Source: the human T2T-CHM13v2.0 reference genome, Homo sapiens. From it: a DNA stretch of 64,000 nt. Numbering within the stretch: the first letter of the stretch is position 1; every line of letters starts with the position of its first letter. The position numbers were made by a program, and so were the translations under genes. Under the pieces are notes generated by a model, which ran no database searches, was not told the origin of the DNA, and worked only from the letters and a program-made list of their open reading frames with translations. Location of the stretch: NCBI RefSeq assembly GCF_009914755.1, contig NC_060937.1; one strand, given 5' to 3'. Positions 1 to 13,378 of this stretch are shown piece after piece.

Positions 1-73
1 TCGCACCACTGTACTCCAGCCTGGGCTACAGAGAGAGACTCCGTCTCAAAAAAAAAAAAAAAAAAAAAAAAAA
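1..73 (+). mobile_element. Alu 3' end with poly(A) tail, cut by the window edge
   Basis: CCACTGTACTCCAGCCTGGG...GAGACTCCGTCTC followed by a long A run. Confidence 0.95.
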
Positions 74-763
74 GAAAGAGGTCACAATAAATGCTGATAG
101 GGGATAGGGAAATTTGATGTTTTTTATTGCATTGTTACATTTGCCTGCTGTTTTCAAATTTGTAGTAGAATTCACTGTTCTTTCCATATTCCCCACTATT
201 CTGAAGCAGCTGGCTTGATAGAATGGCCCTTTGAAGATTCAGCTACCTTGATGGCTAGGTTGAAATATCTTGCAGGATTGGGGCAATGTTCTTCCTTCAG
301 GAGGCTGTCTATGCTCTAAATCTGTGCCCCATATAAATTGCTGTTTCTCCCATAGCCAGGATTTATTGGTCCAGGAATCAACGGAGTAGAAATAAGAATG
401 GTACTTTTCACTATAAACCCTAATGATCCACTAGGAAATTTTTTTGCCTTCTGTCCCAGCAACTTTATGGCCTACTTGTCTAGAAGTTTTCATTCCAAAG
501 GGAAGAAGTGCACCAAGAGAAAGAACAATGAATTCATCGAAGTGGAAATTAAGACTGTTGCTCAGTCAATTTGGATTTCTCATGACTCTGAATCAACAGG
601 CAAATAAAGGAGCTACTATACTCGCAAGGTGATTGGTCTTGAATGCTAAGGGAAATTAGACTTCTGCAATTGAGGTAAAGAAGAATATATCTACAATACA
701 CGAGATCCCTTAGTGCTTCTGAGTACTACCATATCCTGCTGTGGTTAAAAGTTAATGAAAATC

Positions 764-1368
<605 letters not shown>

Positions 1369-1964
1369 GGCATAGACCCTTAAGAAATAAAGATTTGGAT
1401 TATATGGATTATATTACTTGACAAAGAACCACAACCAGCTGAGGTGATTGCTGAAGACAAATGTAATATAGAATGGATAGCGGAAGAAAGCAATTATAAT
1501 TACCAGCTAAGACCACAGGTCTACTTCAGAAACAAAAACTGTAACTTTATTGTATTGTAAATATGATTTAATTGTAAATATGTGTGTATATATATGTGGG
1601 GTATATGTACATATATATGTGTATACATATGTGTGACTCTGTGTGTATATACACTCAAACACATATACACAAATACCTTTGCTTTCTCTTATATTATCCC
1701 TTTCTATAAAAAAAGTTGTATTAACTTTGTAACATAGTACTTAAATATTAACTGTATATCATTGCATTTGAGTTACATGATATCAGAGAAAACACCACCC
1801 ATGACCTTTACATCCTCTTCTGGGGAAAGAGTTGGTGGATTTTCAGGGTTATGCAGGATGATTGTATCATGTCAGAAAGAAGTATTCTTTGCTATTATCT
1901 TTATTTGGAAATTAAATATGATTTAAAGAGATGTGTATGTGTGACAAGTTGACAAGGAGTGGAC

Positions 1965-2100
1965 TGTGATGGTTCATTTTATATGTCCACTTGGCTAGGC
2001 TATGAAATCCAGGTATTATTCAAACACTAGTCTAAATGCTCATGTGAAGGTGTCTTTAGATGTGTTTAACATTTGCAGTCAGTTGATGTTAACTAAAAGA
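1965..2100 (+). mobile_element. MLT2 (C/D-like) 3' LTR of the ERVL, 5' part
   Basis: Starts TGTGATGGTTCATTTTATATGTCCACTTGG directly after the PPT; resumes at ~4300 after an L1 insertion. Confidence 0.8.
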
Positions 2101-3194
2101 TTTAGACTTGCATCAGACTAACTTACTTCAAAGTATACTGCAAAGCTGTAGTGACGAAAACAGCATAGTACTGACAGAAAAATAGACATGTAGATTAAAG
2201 GTACAGAAAAAAAGCTTCCAGAAACAAATCTACACATTTACAGTTAACTGATTTTCAGTAAAGGTCCAAAGAATACAGAAAGGTACCAAGAAAGGACAAT
2301 TTCTTCAATAAATGTTGTTGAAAAACTGGATAACCTCATGCAGAAGAATAAAGTTCGCCCCTTATCTCTCACCATATGAAATATTAACTCAAAATGAATG
2401 AAGTCTTAAATGTAAGACCTGAAACTATGAAACTATTGGAAGAAAACACAGGGAGAACACTTCATGATATTGACTTGGGCAAGAATTTTTTGGCTAAGTC
2501 GTCATAGCACAGTTATGTTTTTATATATGTTTTGCATATTTTTATAAGAAAACATAGACAAATGGAATTACAATAAATTAGCAAGCTTCTCCACAGCAAA
2601 TGAAATAATCAAAAGAATGAAGAGACAACCTACAGAATGGGAATAAATAGTTGAAAACTATACACCTGACAAGGTGTTAATATCCAAAAAATATAAGAAA
2701 CTTAAACTTTTATTACCAAAAACCAAATAAATTAAAATAAAAATGGGCTAAAAACCTAAATAGACACTCTGCAAAAAAAGGCATACAAATGGCTGGCAGA
2801 CATGAAAAAATGCTCAACATCAATAATCATCAGGGAAATACAAATTAAAACCACAAGGAAATATCACCCACCCCAGTTAGAATGGCTATTGTTAAAAACG
2901 TTAAAGATATCAAGTGTTTACAAGTATGTGGAGAAAAGAAAACTCTTGCACACTTGCTGATTGAAATGTAAATTAATACAGCCATTATGGATAACAATAT
3001 GGAGATTCCTAAAGAAATTAAAATTAAAACTATTATATGAACCAGCAATCCCACTGCTGGGTCAATATCCAAGGGAACTGAAATTAGTGTGTTGAGGAGA
3101 TATCAGCTCTCCATGCTTATGGTAGAACTATTTACAATAGCCAAGAGATGGAATCTACTTAAGTGTCCATAATTGAATGAATAAAGAAAATGTG

Positions 3195-3816
3195 ATATAT
3201 ATATTATATACTAGTCTTCCTCTCCCAGTCCACTTACTCAAATGTTAATCATTTCTGGCAGCACTATATATATATTATATGCATTATATTATATGTACTA
3301 TATTATATACATTGTAGTATATTCCATATACTATATTATATAAATTGTAGTATATTCCATATACTATATTATATACAGTGTAATATATTATATATTATAT
3401 ATTCTTACATTATAATGTTGCATTATATTATATATTATATATTACTACATTATATTATATTATATATAATATATACCAGTATATATACATATATACTTAT
3501 ATATATCTATATATCCATATAATATAGTAGTATATATAGTATATATATATCTCATATGTATACTATATATACTACATACTAGTACAACATACTAGTCTTA
3601 GTACTATACATACTAGTATATATAGTATACATACTTATATGTGTTTTGCATATTTTAATAAGAAAACATAGACAAATGGAACTACAATAAATTAGCAAGC
3701 TTATATATACTATATACTATATATACACTATATATTTATGTTGTATAGTATATGTTATATAATATATAATATAGTAAATATATTTATATATATACACATA
3801 TATATTTTATATATAG
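3195..3816. repeat. Complex TA-rich low-complexity array with embedded non-TA fragments
   Basis: (TA)n variants, a tandem ATTGTAGTATATTCCATATACTATATTATA, and short palindromes. Confidence 0.9.
3214..3264 (-). mobile_element. Inverted MLT2B-like LTR fragment
   Basis: Reverse complement reads GATTAACATTTGAGTAAGTGGACTGGGAGAGGAAGAC, the 5' region of MLT2A/B. Confidence 0.7.
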
Positions 3817-3881
3817 AAACTCCCTTTCACTTACACATATATCCTATGAGTTCTGTCCCTCTGGAGAACTCTGACTAATAT
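3817..3881 (+). mobile_element. MLT2B-like LTR 3' end
   Basis: AAACTCCC...ATATCCTATGAGTTCTGTCCCTCTGGAGAACTCTGACTAATA matches the MLT2 terminus. Confidence 0.8.
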
Positions 3882-4299
3882 GGCATCTAGAATCATTAAT
3901 CATTAATCACATAGAGGTAAAAAGCAAAATGGTGATTACTAGAAACTGGGGTGGTTAGGAGGATTTGGGATTTGGGGAGACATTGGCCAAAGTATATGTA
4001 AATATAGTTAGACGGGAAAAATCAATTTCAAGGAGTCTGTTGTACAGCAAGGTGACTATAATAAAAGTTAATATATTGTATTCTTGAAAATGTAAAGAGG
4101 GTGGATGTTATATGTTCTTATGGTGAAAATAATAACTATGTGAGATAAAGCATTTATTATTTAGCTATATTTAACCATCCCATATTGTATATATACTTCA
4201 AAACATCATGTTTTACACCACAAATACTTTTTTTAGTTATCAAACAATTTTTAAAATAAGTCATAAATAAAATTTAAACTTTTCAAAAATTTGAATTAA

Positions 4300-4460
4300 C
4301 TTCAATAATTTGAGTGGGCCTGTTCCAATAAGATGAAGAAGTTACGAGCAAAAACATTTGAGGTTTCCTGGAAAAAAAAGAAACTGCCTCAGGATTGCAA
4401 CATAGAAATCCAGTATAAGTTTCCAGCCTGCCCATACACCCTGCCAATTTTGCAGAATGT
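4300..4460 (+). mobile_element. MLT2 (C/D-like) LTR continuation
   Basis: GAGGTTTCCTGG...CTGCCTCAGGATTGCAACATAGAAATCC...GTTTCCAGCCTGC. Confidence 0.7.
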
Positions 4461-4498
4461 GAGTTTTGGAAGGGTGAGGGGGGTATATGTATTGCATA

Positions 4499-4926
4499 CA
4501 GTTGATACTTGAACAATGTTGGAGGTAAGGGTATCAACCTCCATGAAGTCAAAAATTCATGGATAACTTAGGCTGCCGCAAAGCTTAACTTCTAATAGCC
4601 TACAGCTGACCTGACAACATAAACATTCTGTTAACACATATTTTGTATGTCATGTGTATTATATGCTATATTCTTACAATACAGCATAAGTAAGCTAGGG
4701 GAAAATGGGGTTCAGAAAATCATAAGGATGAGAAAATATATGTACTAGTCATTAAGTGGAAGTGGATCATCAAAAGTCTTCATTCTTGTTGTCTTCACGT
4801 TGAGTTGAGAAGGAGGAGAAAGATGATGGTTTGGTCTTGCTATATCAGAGCTGTAGCCGAAGAGAGAGAAAATCTCAGTATAAGAGAACCCGTGCAGTTC
4901 AAACCCACACGTTCAAGGGTCAACCC
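4499..4926. mobile_element. Tigger2a non-autonomous DNA transposon
   Basis: TIRs CAGTTGATACTTGAAC / GTTCAAGGGTCAAC, TA target flanks, ~430 bp, internal TTAAGTGGAAGTGGATCATC. Confidence 0.85.
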
Positions 4927-5344
4927 TATACACACGCATGAACGCATGCACACACAGACACACACACAGACATATATTTAAACTTTTTTAAAAAATGAAT
5001 TATATGTGCTATTTAAAAAATAATTATACGTATATGTATATAGAGAGAATAACACACATATATACATATATATTCAACCTTTTTTAAAAAATATGTTCTT
5101 TTTAAAAAACAAATTATGTGTGTGTGTATATATATACACATATATTTGTGTGTATATGTGTATATGTGTGTATATATATTCCCTTTTTGTGGACAAATTG
5201 GATAAAATGCTAATGCTCAGTGAAGAGAAAGTCAAGGCAATCCTAATACTGTTTTTGCAAACCTCCCTGAAAGTCTCTTTTCCACTCTCTTTTCACATTC
5301 CCTTCTTATATGCTCACCACACCAGAGCTCAAAAAGATTAATAT

Positions 5345-5803
5345 GTGCAAATTTAGTGGATTAAAATGAAATAAAGTCATTATTCCACAATTTGGGAGGT
5401 ATAAAGTCTGAAATGGGTTTCACTGGGCTGAAGTGCAGATGTTGACAGGTCTGCATTTCTTTTAGAGGTTTTACTGGAGAATCCACTCTTTCATAGTTTC
5501 CATCTTCTACAGGCCTCTCTTGAATTTCTTAGTTCAAGGCCCCTTCCTACATCCTTAAAGCCAGCAGAGAAGCATCATCTTCAAATCTCGCTGACTCTGA
5601 TCCTCCTGACTCTGTCTTTCATTTATTGAATCCCTGGTGGTTACAGTAGCTCCAGCCTAATGATCCAGGATAATCTCTTCATCTCAATCTGTGCTTTGAT
5701 CTCATCTGTGAAGCCTCATTTGCCATATAAATAAACATATTCACAAACTCCAGGTATTAATAAGGGGACTTTTTTTTTGAGAAGAAATTATTCTGCCTGC
5801 CAT
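5345..5803 (-). mobile_element. MLT1D-like MaLR LTR
   Basis: Ends ATTATTCTGCCTGCCA (reverse complement of the MLT1 start); contains ATCCAGGATAATCTC and AAGTCTGAAATGGGT. Confidence 0.8.
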
Positions 5804-6299
5804 GCTATATAATAATTGTTTTAAAAGTTTAAATCTTACATTCAATAATATTATTATTAAGAAAGAATTTATGATACAGAGCTCTATAAAATGAAACATG
5901 AAACAATATAAAATATTAATTGCAACACAGTTAAAGATCATACAGTTTATAAAGTAGCAAAAAGAACAACAACAACAACAACATCCGGTTTTCTATTGAG
6001 GACCAACAAGGAAAGAACAACTATCTACTCAGCAGGTTTCAGTATTTGAGCCATCATTTAATTAAATATATTTGGAATCCTATAATCTCCTGTTCATCCA
6101 AATATAGATTTTTATATTCCAAATGACAGAACCTTGAGATATTTTATAGATTTTTACCCCATTTTAAAATTACTGAAATGGATAAAAACAAGAACAATAA
6201 CAGAAAAACACCCTGTCAATCTAGACTGTTACACTGGATGAAAGAAATCTTCAATTAAGGCAAAACAACCTGTACCTCAAAAAAAAAAAAAAAGCTAAA

Positions 6300-7230
6300 A
6301 GAAATCATCACCAGCACACCTGCATTACAAGAACAACTAAATAAAGTTCTTCACTCTGAAGGAAATGATACCAGTTAGAATTCTAATTAGAAATAAACAG
6401 CAGAGAAAAAAACATAAATGTGTATGCGTGCATGCAGGTATGTGAGCATGGGAGTGAAAATGTTTGAAGTAACAACAGTAACAATGTTTGTGAGTTTTAT
6501 AACATGAATTGTTAGGATTTTAACATATGAAAACAATCTAAAAAGGCTGGAGTAAATATGATTTGTCCATTCTACATTTATTGTCTGGGACATAGTAAAA
6601 TTTATAATTTTAGATAGAGTATATTGTTACAAATACATTTCGGAATTTCCAGGAAACCGTTGAAAGACTGATAATTAAAGTGTAACAAAAAATTTAATAA
6701 TGGAGAAATGAAGTAATTTCAAAACATTTTAAAATAATGGTTGCACTGATACATGCTCTTTCCAGTCATGTATGAAAGTAAAAATTGATATGTAGGCTTT
6801 CCAGCACTTGATATAATCAGATGTTCTAAATTTTGACACTGGGATAATTAGGAAATAATTTTTCATGAAGGTCTTAATTTATATTTCCCTATGAGTAACG
6901 AGGCTTGATTTCATTTATTCATATGTTCAATCACTACTTTTATTCCTCCTCTTTCAAATTTCTTCTTAAGTATTTAGTTCTATTTTGGGTATTAATTTAT
7001 AGAAGTAGTTTGCATATTTTGGATATCTTTCAGATATATGGGTTGCCAATATGTTTTATAAATTGTAGCTTTTAATTTTATCAGCTGAATCTTTCAATAA
7101 ACAATTTTGTAACTGTAATGTAGTAAAACTTATCAACTATTATTTATCTTACCTAAGGTTTTATAAGAATATCCTTCTTGATTCCATTGATTCTTGTGTT
7201 TTTTGTAATGGACACTTCTTTGCATGTAAA
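6300..7230. mobile_element. Highly decayed ancient L1M fragments in both orientations
   Basis: ATCACCAGCACACCTGCATTACAAGAA (ORF1-end-like); antisense L1 3'-like T-rich sequence from ~6730. Confidence 0.5.
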
Positions 7231-7277
7231 ATTATCTTTAATTTGGGGTGTTGTTAAGATCTTCACATTTTTGATAC

Positions 7278-7279
<2 letters not shown>

Positions 7280-7323
<44 letters not shown>

Positions 7324-7381
7324 TGTGTGTGTATATATTTATATATATATATAAATATATACACACACAGACACACACACT
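7280..7381. repeat. Compound (TG)n(TA)n(CA)n microsatellite
   Basis: Seen directly. Confidence 0.95.
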
Positions 7382-7499
7382 TAGGTTGTCTTCAGAATTT
7401 ATTTATTTTGTTCATCTCCATCAACATTTACATCATCATAAAAGCAGTGTTATTTCTTTGAAGCTACATATATATATATATATATACTTGACTTGCATC

Positions 7500-7759
7500 T
7501 CTTGCAATTCTCCGTCCCTGTACTCCTCTTACTTTCTCAGGAAAGCATTTTTTAAAATTTGTCTTGTCTCTCTGTCTCAATTTTCCTCCTCTCTTTCTTC
7601 CAGTGGTGTAGGCCAAAATAGCCTGGAGTCATTTTGAATACTCTCTTTTTTCACATTCACATGTAATTCATCAGGACATATGTCACCCTCTCTAATGCTA
7701 ATGTTCTAATCTGAGCCACCATCATCTCTCACATGGATTAATATAATAATCTCCTAATT
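7500..7759 (+). mobile_element. L2 fragment, continuing at 10586
   Basis: GCCACCATCATCTCTCACATGGATTA...CTCCTAA, the conserved L2 'ISRLDYCNSLL' region. Confidence 0.65.
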
Positions 7760-7760
7760 A

Positions 7761-7924
7761 GAGGTTCGCTTAAGCCCAGGAGGCGGAGGTTAAAATGAGC
7801 AAAGATTGCACCACTTCACTCCCGCCTAGGGGACAGAGTGAGACACCTTCTTAAAACACACACACACACACACGGACACACACAGGGACACACACAGGGA
7901 CACACACACACACACACACACAAA
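7761..7924 (+). mobile_element. 5'-truncated Alu 3' fragment with (CA)n tail
   Basis: CCCAGGAGGCGGAGGTT...GACAGAGTGAGAC then an interrupted (CA)n. Confidence 0.85.
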
Positions 7925-10540
7925 GGTTTTTGTGTCTCTGTCTCCTTCAGTTCTGCTCTGATTTTAGTTATTTCTGGTCTTCTGCTAGCTATTGGATTTG
8001 TTTGCTCTTGCTTCTCTAGTTCTTTTAATTGTTATGGTAGGGTGTCAATTTGAGATATTTCTAGCTTTCTGATGTGGGCATTCAGTGCTATAAATTTCCC
8101 TTTTAACACTGTTTTAGCTGTTTCCCAGAGATTCTGGTACATTTTCTCTTTTTTCCCATTAGTTTCAAAGAACTTCTTTATTTCTGCCTTAATTTCATTA
8201 TTTATCCAGGAGTCATTCAGAAGCCGGTTGTTCAATTTCCATGCGGTTTTGAGTGAGTTTCTTAATCCTGAATTCTAATTTGATTGCACTGTGGTCTCAG
8301 AGACCGTTTGTCTTTTTTTCTATTCTTTTGCATTTGCTGAGGAGTGTTTTACTTCCAATTATGTGGTCGATTTTAGAATAAGTGCCATGTGGCACTGAGA
8401 AAACAAAGCCCTAGCCAATAACATACTGAATGCACAAAAGCTGGAAGCATTCCTTTTGAAAACCAGCACAAGACAAGATTGCCCTCTGTCACCACTCCTA
8501 TTCAACATAGTATTGGAAGTTCTGGCCAGAGCAATCAGGCAAGAGAAAGAAATAAAGGATATTAGAATAGGAAGAGAGGAAGCTAAATAGTCTCTGTTTG
8601 CAGATGACATGATTCTATATTTAGAAAACCCCATCGTCTCAGCCTAAAAACTCTATAAGCTGATATGCAACTTCAGCAAAGTCTCAGTACAAAATCAATA
8701 TGCAAAAAATCACAAGCATTACTATATACCAACAATGGACAAGCAGAGAGCCAAATCATAAGCTACCATTCACAATTGTTATAAAGAGAATAAAATAACT
8801 AGGAATACAACTTACAAGGAATGTGAAGTACCTCTTCAAGGAGAACTACAAACCACTGTTCAAGGAAATGAGAGGACAAAAACAAATGGAAAAACATTCC
8901 ATGCTCATGGATAGGAAGAATCAATCAGTATCGTAAAAATGGCCATACCATCCAAAGTAATTTATAGATTCAATGATATTCCCATCAAGCTACCATTGAC
9001 TTTCTTCACAGAATTAGAAAAATACTACTTTAAATTTCATATGGAACCAATGAAAAGCCCATATAGCCAAGACAATTCCAAGCAAAAAGAACAAAGCTGG
9101 AGGCATCATACTACCTGACTTCAAACTATACTACAAGGCTACAGTAACCAAAACAGCATGGTACATATATAGACCAAAGGAACAGAACAGAGTCCTCAGA
9201 AATAGCACCACACATCTACAACAATCTGATCTTTGACAAACCTGACAAAAATAAGCAATGGGGAAAGGATTCCCTATTTAATAAATGGTGCTGGAAAACT
9301 GGCTAGCCATATGCAGAAAACTGGAACTGGACCCCTTCCTTACACGTTATACAAAAATTAACTCAAGATCGATTAAAGACTTAAACATAAAACCCAAAAC
9401 CATAAAAATCCTAGAAGAAAACGTAAGCAATGCCATTCAGGATATAAGCATGGGCGAAGACTTCCTGACTAAAACTCCAAAAGCGATTGCAACAAAAGCC
9501 AAAATTGACTAATGGGATCTAATTAAACTAAAGAGCTTCTGCACAGCAAAAGAAACTATCATCAGAGTGAACAGGCAACCGACAGAATGGGAGAAAATTT
9601 TTGCAATCTACCCATCTGACAAAGACTTAATATCCAGAATCTACAGGGAATGTAAATAAATTTACAAGAAAAAAAAAAAAAAACAAAGAACCCCATCAAA
9701 AAGTGGGCAAAGGATATGAACAGAACCTTCTCAAAAGGAGATATTTATGCAGCCAACAAACATATGAAAAAAAGCTAATCATCACTAATCATTAGAGAAA
9801 TGCAAATCAAAACCACAATGATGTACCATCTCATGCCAATCGGAAGGGCGATCATTAAAAAGCCAAGAAACAACAGATTCTGGCAAGGCTTTGGAGAAAT
9901 AGGAATGCTTTTACACCATTGGTGAGAGTGTAAATTAGTTCAACCATTGTGGAAGACAGCGTGGAGATTCCTCAGGGATCTAGAACCAGAAATATCAATT
10001 GACCCAGCAATCCCATTACTGGGTATATACTCAAAGGATTATAAATCATTCTGCTATAAAGATACATGCACAGTTATGTTTATTGCAACACTATTTCCAT
10101 TAACAAAGACTTGGAACCAACCCAAGTACCCATCAGTGACAGAATGGATAAAGAAAATGTGGCACATATACACCATGGAATACTATGCAGCCATAAAAAA
10201 GAACGAGATCATGTCCTTGGCAGGAACATGATGAAGCTGGAAGCCATCATTCTCAGCAAACTAACAGAGGAACAGAAAACCAAACGCCACATTTTCTCAT
10301 TCATAAGTGGGAGTTGAACAATGAGAACACGTGAACACTGGGAGGGGAACAACACACACAGGGGCCTGTTGGGGGTTGGGGGACAAGGGAAGGGAGAGCA
10401 TTAGAACAAATACCTAATGCATGCAGGGCATAAAACCTAAATGATGGGTTGATAGGTGCAGCAAACCACCATGGCACATGTATACGTATATAACAAACCT
10501 GCACATCCTGCACACATATCTAGGAACTTAAAGAAAAAAC
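7925..10540 (+). mobile_element. 5'-inverted L1PA (about PA7-PA13): antisense 7925-8402, sense 8403-10540
   Basis: Minus-strand ORF 8032-8235 ([25 protein letters not shown]) and plus-strand ORFs 9285-9512 and 9947-10231 are L1 ORF2p; L1PA 3' UTR present; many stops. Confidence 0.95.
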
Positions 10541-10585
10541 ACAACGCACACACACCAAAAAAAAAAAAAAAAAAAAAACCAAAAA

Positions 10586-11690
10586 CTCCTAATTTGCCTG
10601 ATTGCAGTTGTCCGCTTTACTTTTTATATGAACCAGCAGTCTGAGTGATTCTTTTAAAATACAATTTCTATTTTGTCACTTACATCATTTCTCATGTTTT
10701 ACTCAGACAAGTAGTCAAAATCCTTACAATGACAAAAAGACCATATACCATCTACCCACCATCTTTCTCATCAGTAATCCACTCGTTGATTTCAGTCAGT
10801 CAATTGCCTGGTCACTCTGCTAAATGGCCTTTCTATACACAGAATAAGCAAGGAAAATCCCTGCCTTAGAGCCCTTTGCATAGGCTATTTCCTCAGTCTG
10901 GACTGTCTTTCCCCAAATATTTTCATTGCTATCTCCCTCACCTTCATTTCTTATTCATGTGTCTCATATTCAGTGGAAAATCTCTATTCACCACCCGTTT
11001 TGAACAGCAAATCATCTTCTCTTTGTTGTTGTTTATTCTTTCCCTGATCTGTTTTTTGTTTGGTTTTCTTTGTTTGTTTTGAATTGACAATGTCTGTTTC
11101 AAACAGTGTAAGTAGGTTATAGTGATGTGACAATCAGTCTCAAATCTCAGTGGTATAAATAACCAAGATCATTCTACAAACACCACGTAGGTCTGCAGGG
11201 AGTCTCATGGGATTGTAGTTCCTTTGGATACAGCTAATGGATGACCTATGAAGCTAAGATTCTACCACCACCTTCTGTTTACCCAGTTAACTTCAGCAGC
11301 AGGAAGAAAGAAGAGAACATGGGAAATTGTGTATGAGTTATTGAATATGCCTATAATAGTTATTGAATATGTTTATAATAATTATTGAATATGTCTATAC
11401 GTCATTTTCTTATGCATAATCTCAAAGGAGTGAGGAAAATCTTCCATTTGTTTATGAAGAGTAAAGAACCAGATATATCTATGAAAAGTAGCATAGTTTG
11501 ATGCCTTGCCTTCTAACCTAATATGTGATTCACTGATAAGTATTTTTAATTAATTATCCCTCTTACCCCAGTAGAATACTGAATTCATATGGTCAATGAG
11601 TTTTAGCTATTTTGATCATGATTGAAGCCCAGTAGGCAAAACAGTGTAAAGAATATACTTGATGCACAATAAAAATGTATTGCATGCACA
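10586..11690 (+). mobile_element. L2 3' region interrupted by an old MLT1-like LTR (~11090-11500, minus)
   Basis: CAGCAGTCTGAGTGATTCTTTTAAAA, CCTGCCTTAGAGCCCTTTGCA, L2-like terminus CAATAAAAATGTATTGCATG. Confidence 0.55.
11338..11399. repeat. 22-bp tandem repeat, ~2.8 copies
   Basis: TTATTGAATATGYYTATA(ATAR) repeated three times. Confidence 0.9.
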
Positions 11691-12279
11691 AAATCCAACA
11701 AAGTGCATTACTTTCTCTTTATTATAGAAATTTTATACTTTTATTACAATAGTATTTTTTGAATGTATGAATTTTTCTAGAATTATCTTTTATCCTTATT
11801 GTTACAGTTTCTAAACATCATAAAACTCAACTTCTAAATCAAATGCATTATGTACATGATATCCTGTTTAATTTACTTAACTGTAAGAAATCTTTCTTTA
11901 TGAAATTATGTAAAATGTATATTTTTCCTTTAATGGAACCCTAACACTCAGCACGTTGACTGTACCAGGTACCAAAATATACTGCTGAAAGAGGTTACAG
12001 CAAAATTTTGGGTTGAGAGGTGGGAGTGGAATCAGAAAATAAAGAAAAAGGCATACATGAGAGGATGAAAGATAGTAATGGGATGATAAAAATGGAACCA
12101 GGGATAGGACTAAGGTCAGGAAATGCATAATGAAAGCAAACCACTGACTGCATAGCCAAAGCCAACTTGAACAGAAGGTAACTTGAAGAAATCAGAAATC
12201 AGACAGGTAGTGCTTTTCTCCCTAAATTCATTTCCTTTATTCCCTATAAATATATCTTTATCTAAACATTTGACCATCC

Positions 12280-12673
12280 AGCTAAAACCTGTATGTCCCT
12301 GGCTTTCCTCTGGCTAGGTGTGCATATGTACCTCATGTTTGGAACAATGTGTGTGAGTGGAGATATTGGATGCTACTTCTGGATGATTCAAGTTAAGCTT
12401 TTTTGTATGGGTGAGTCTTTTTCCCCCTCCCATGGGTTGGAATGAAGATGTGGAAGCAGTTTATTTTTGACTGAATACACAAGGGCACAAACTATTGAAT
12501 AGTAGGAACCCAGAAGGAAAATTGTCTGATTTTGTGAATGTCTTCCTGGGTCAAAGCTGCCTGATAACTGGAACTAACAGGACTATTATTACATACAGAA
12601 ATAGAGTTTACTTATTTAAATCACTGTAATTGTGTCGGTTGTTTACTATAGCAGGTGGACTCTAACTGATATA
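12280..12673 (+). mobile_element. Old MLT1 (I/J-like) LTR
   Basis: TTGGAATGAAGATGTG, TTATTTAAATCACTG, terminus CTAACTGATA. Confidence 0.55.
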
Positions 12674-12939
12674 GGTGGTGACATCCAAAACTGGAAAATA
12701 CAGAGAACCCGAGATCATGCATGAGAGAGTCAAGGAAAATAGGAGAAATAGTTTTTACTTATCTGAACTCAGAGCAAATGGTTTTACAAAGCAGCCGTTG
12801 TCCCATTGGCAAGCCATTGCCCTACTTTGGCAAGTTAAACCTTATATTTTCAGATCTTGGATCAAGAACCACAACTTGGAAAAATATTTTCTGTTCTCTC
12901 TTCCTCTCTTCCTCCCCTCCTTCCATATCCCAGCCTTGA

Positions 12940-13378
<439 letters not shown>

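Larger units (their letters stand above)
2104..4275 (+). mobile_element. Truncated L1MA-type LINE (ORF2 3' end and 3' UTR), interrupted at ~3195-3885
   Basis: ORF2-like CTTCAAAGTATACTGCAAAGCTGTAG and AAAAAATGCTCAACATCAATAATCATCAGGGAAAT; L1MA-like 3' UTR at 3900-4270 ending A-rich. Confidence 0.85.

Noticed and set aside
8032-10317. L1 ORF2p-like ORFs read as an active reverse transcriptase system
   Set aside because: Truncated, inverted and interrupted by stops; ordinary dead L1
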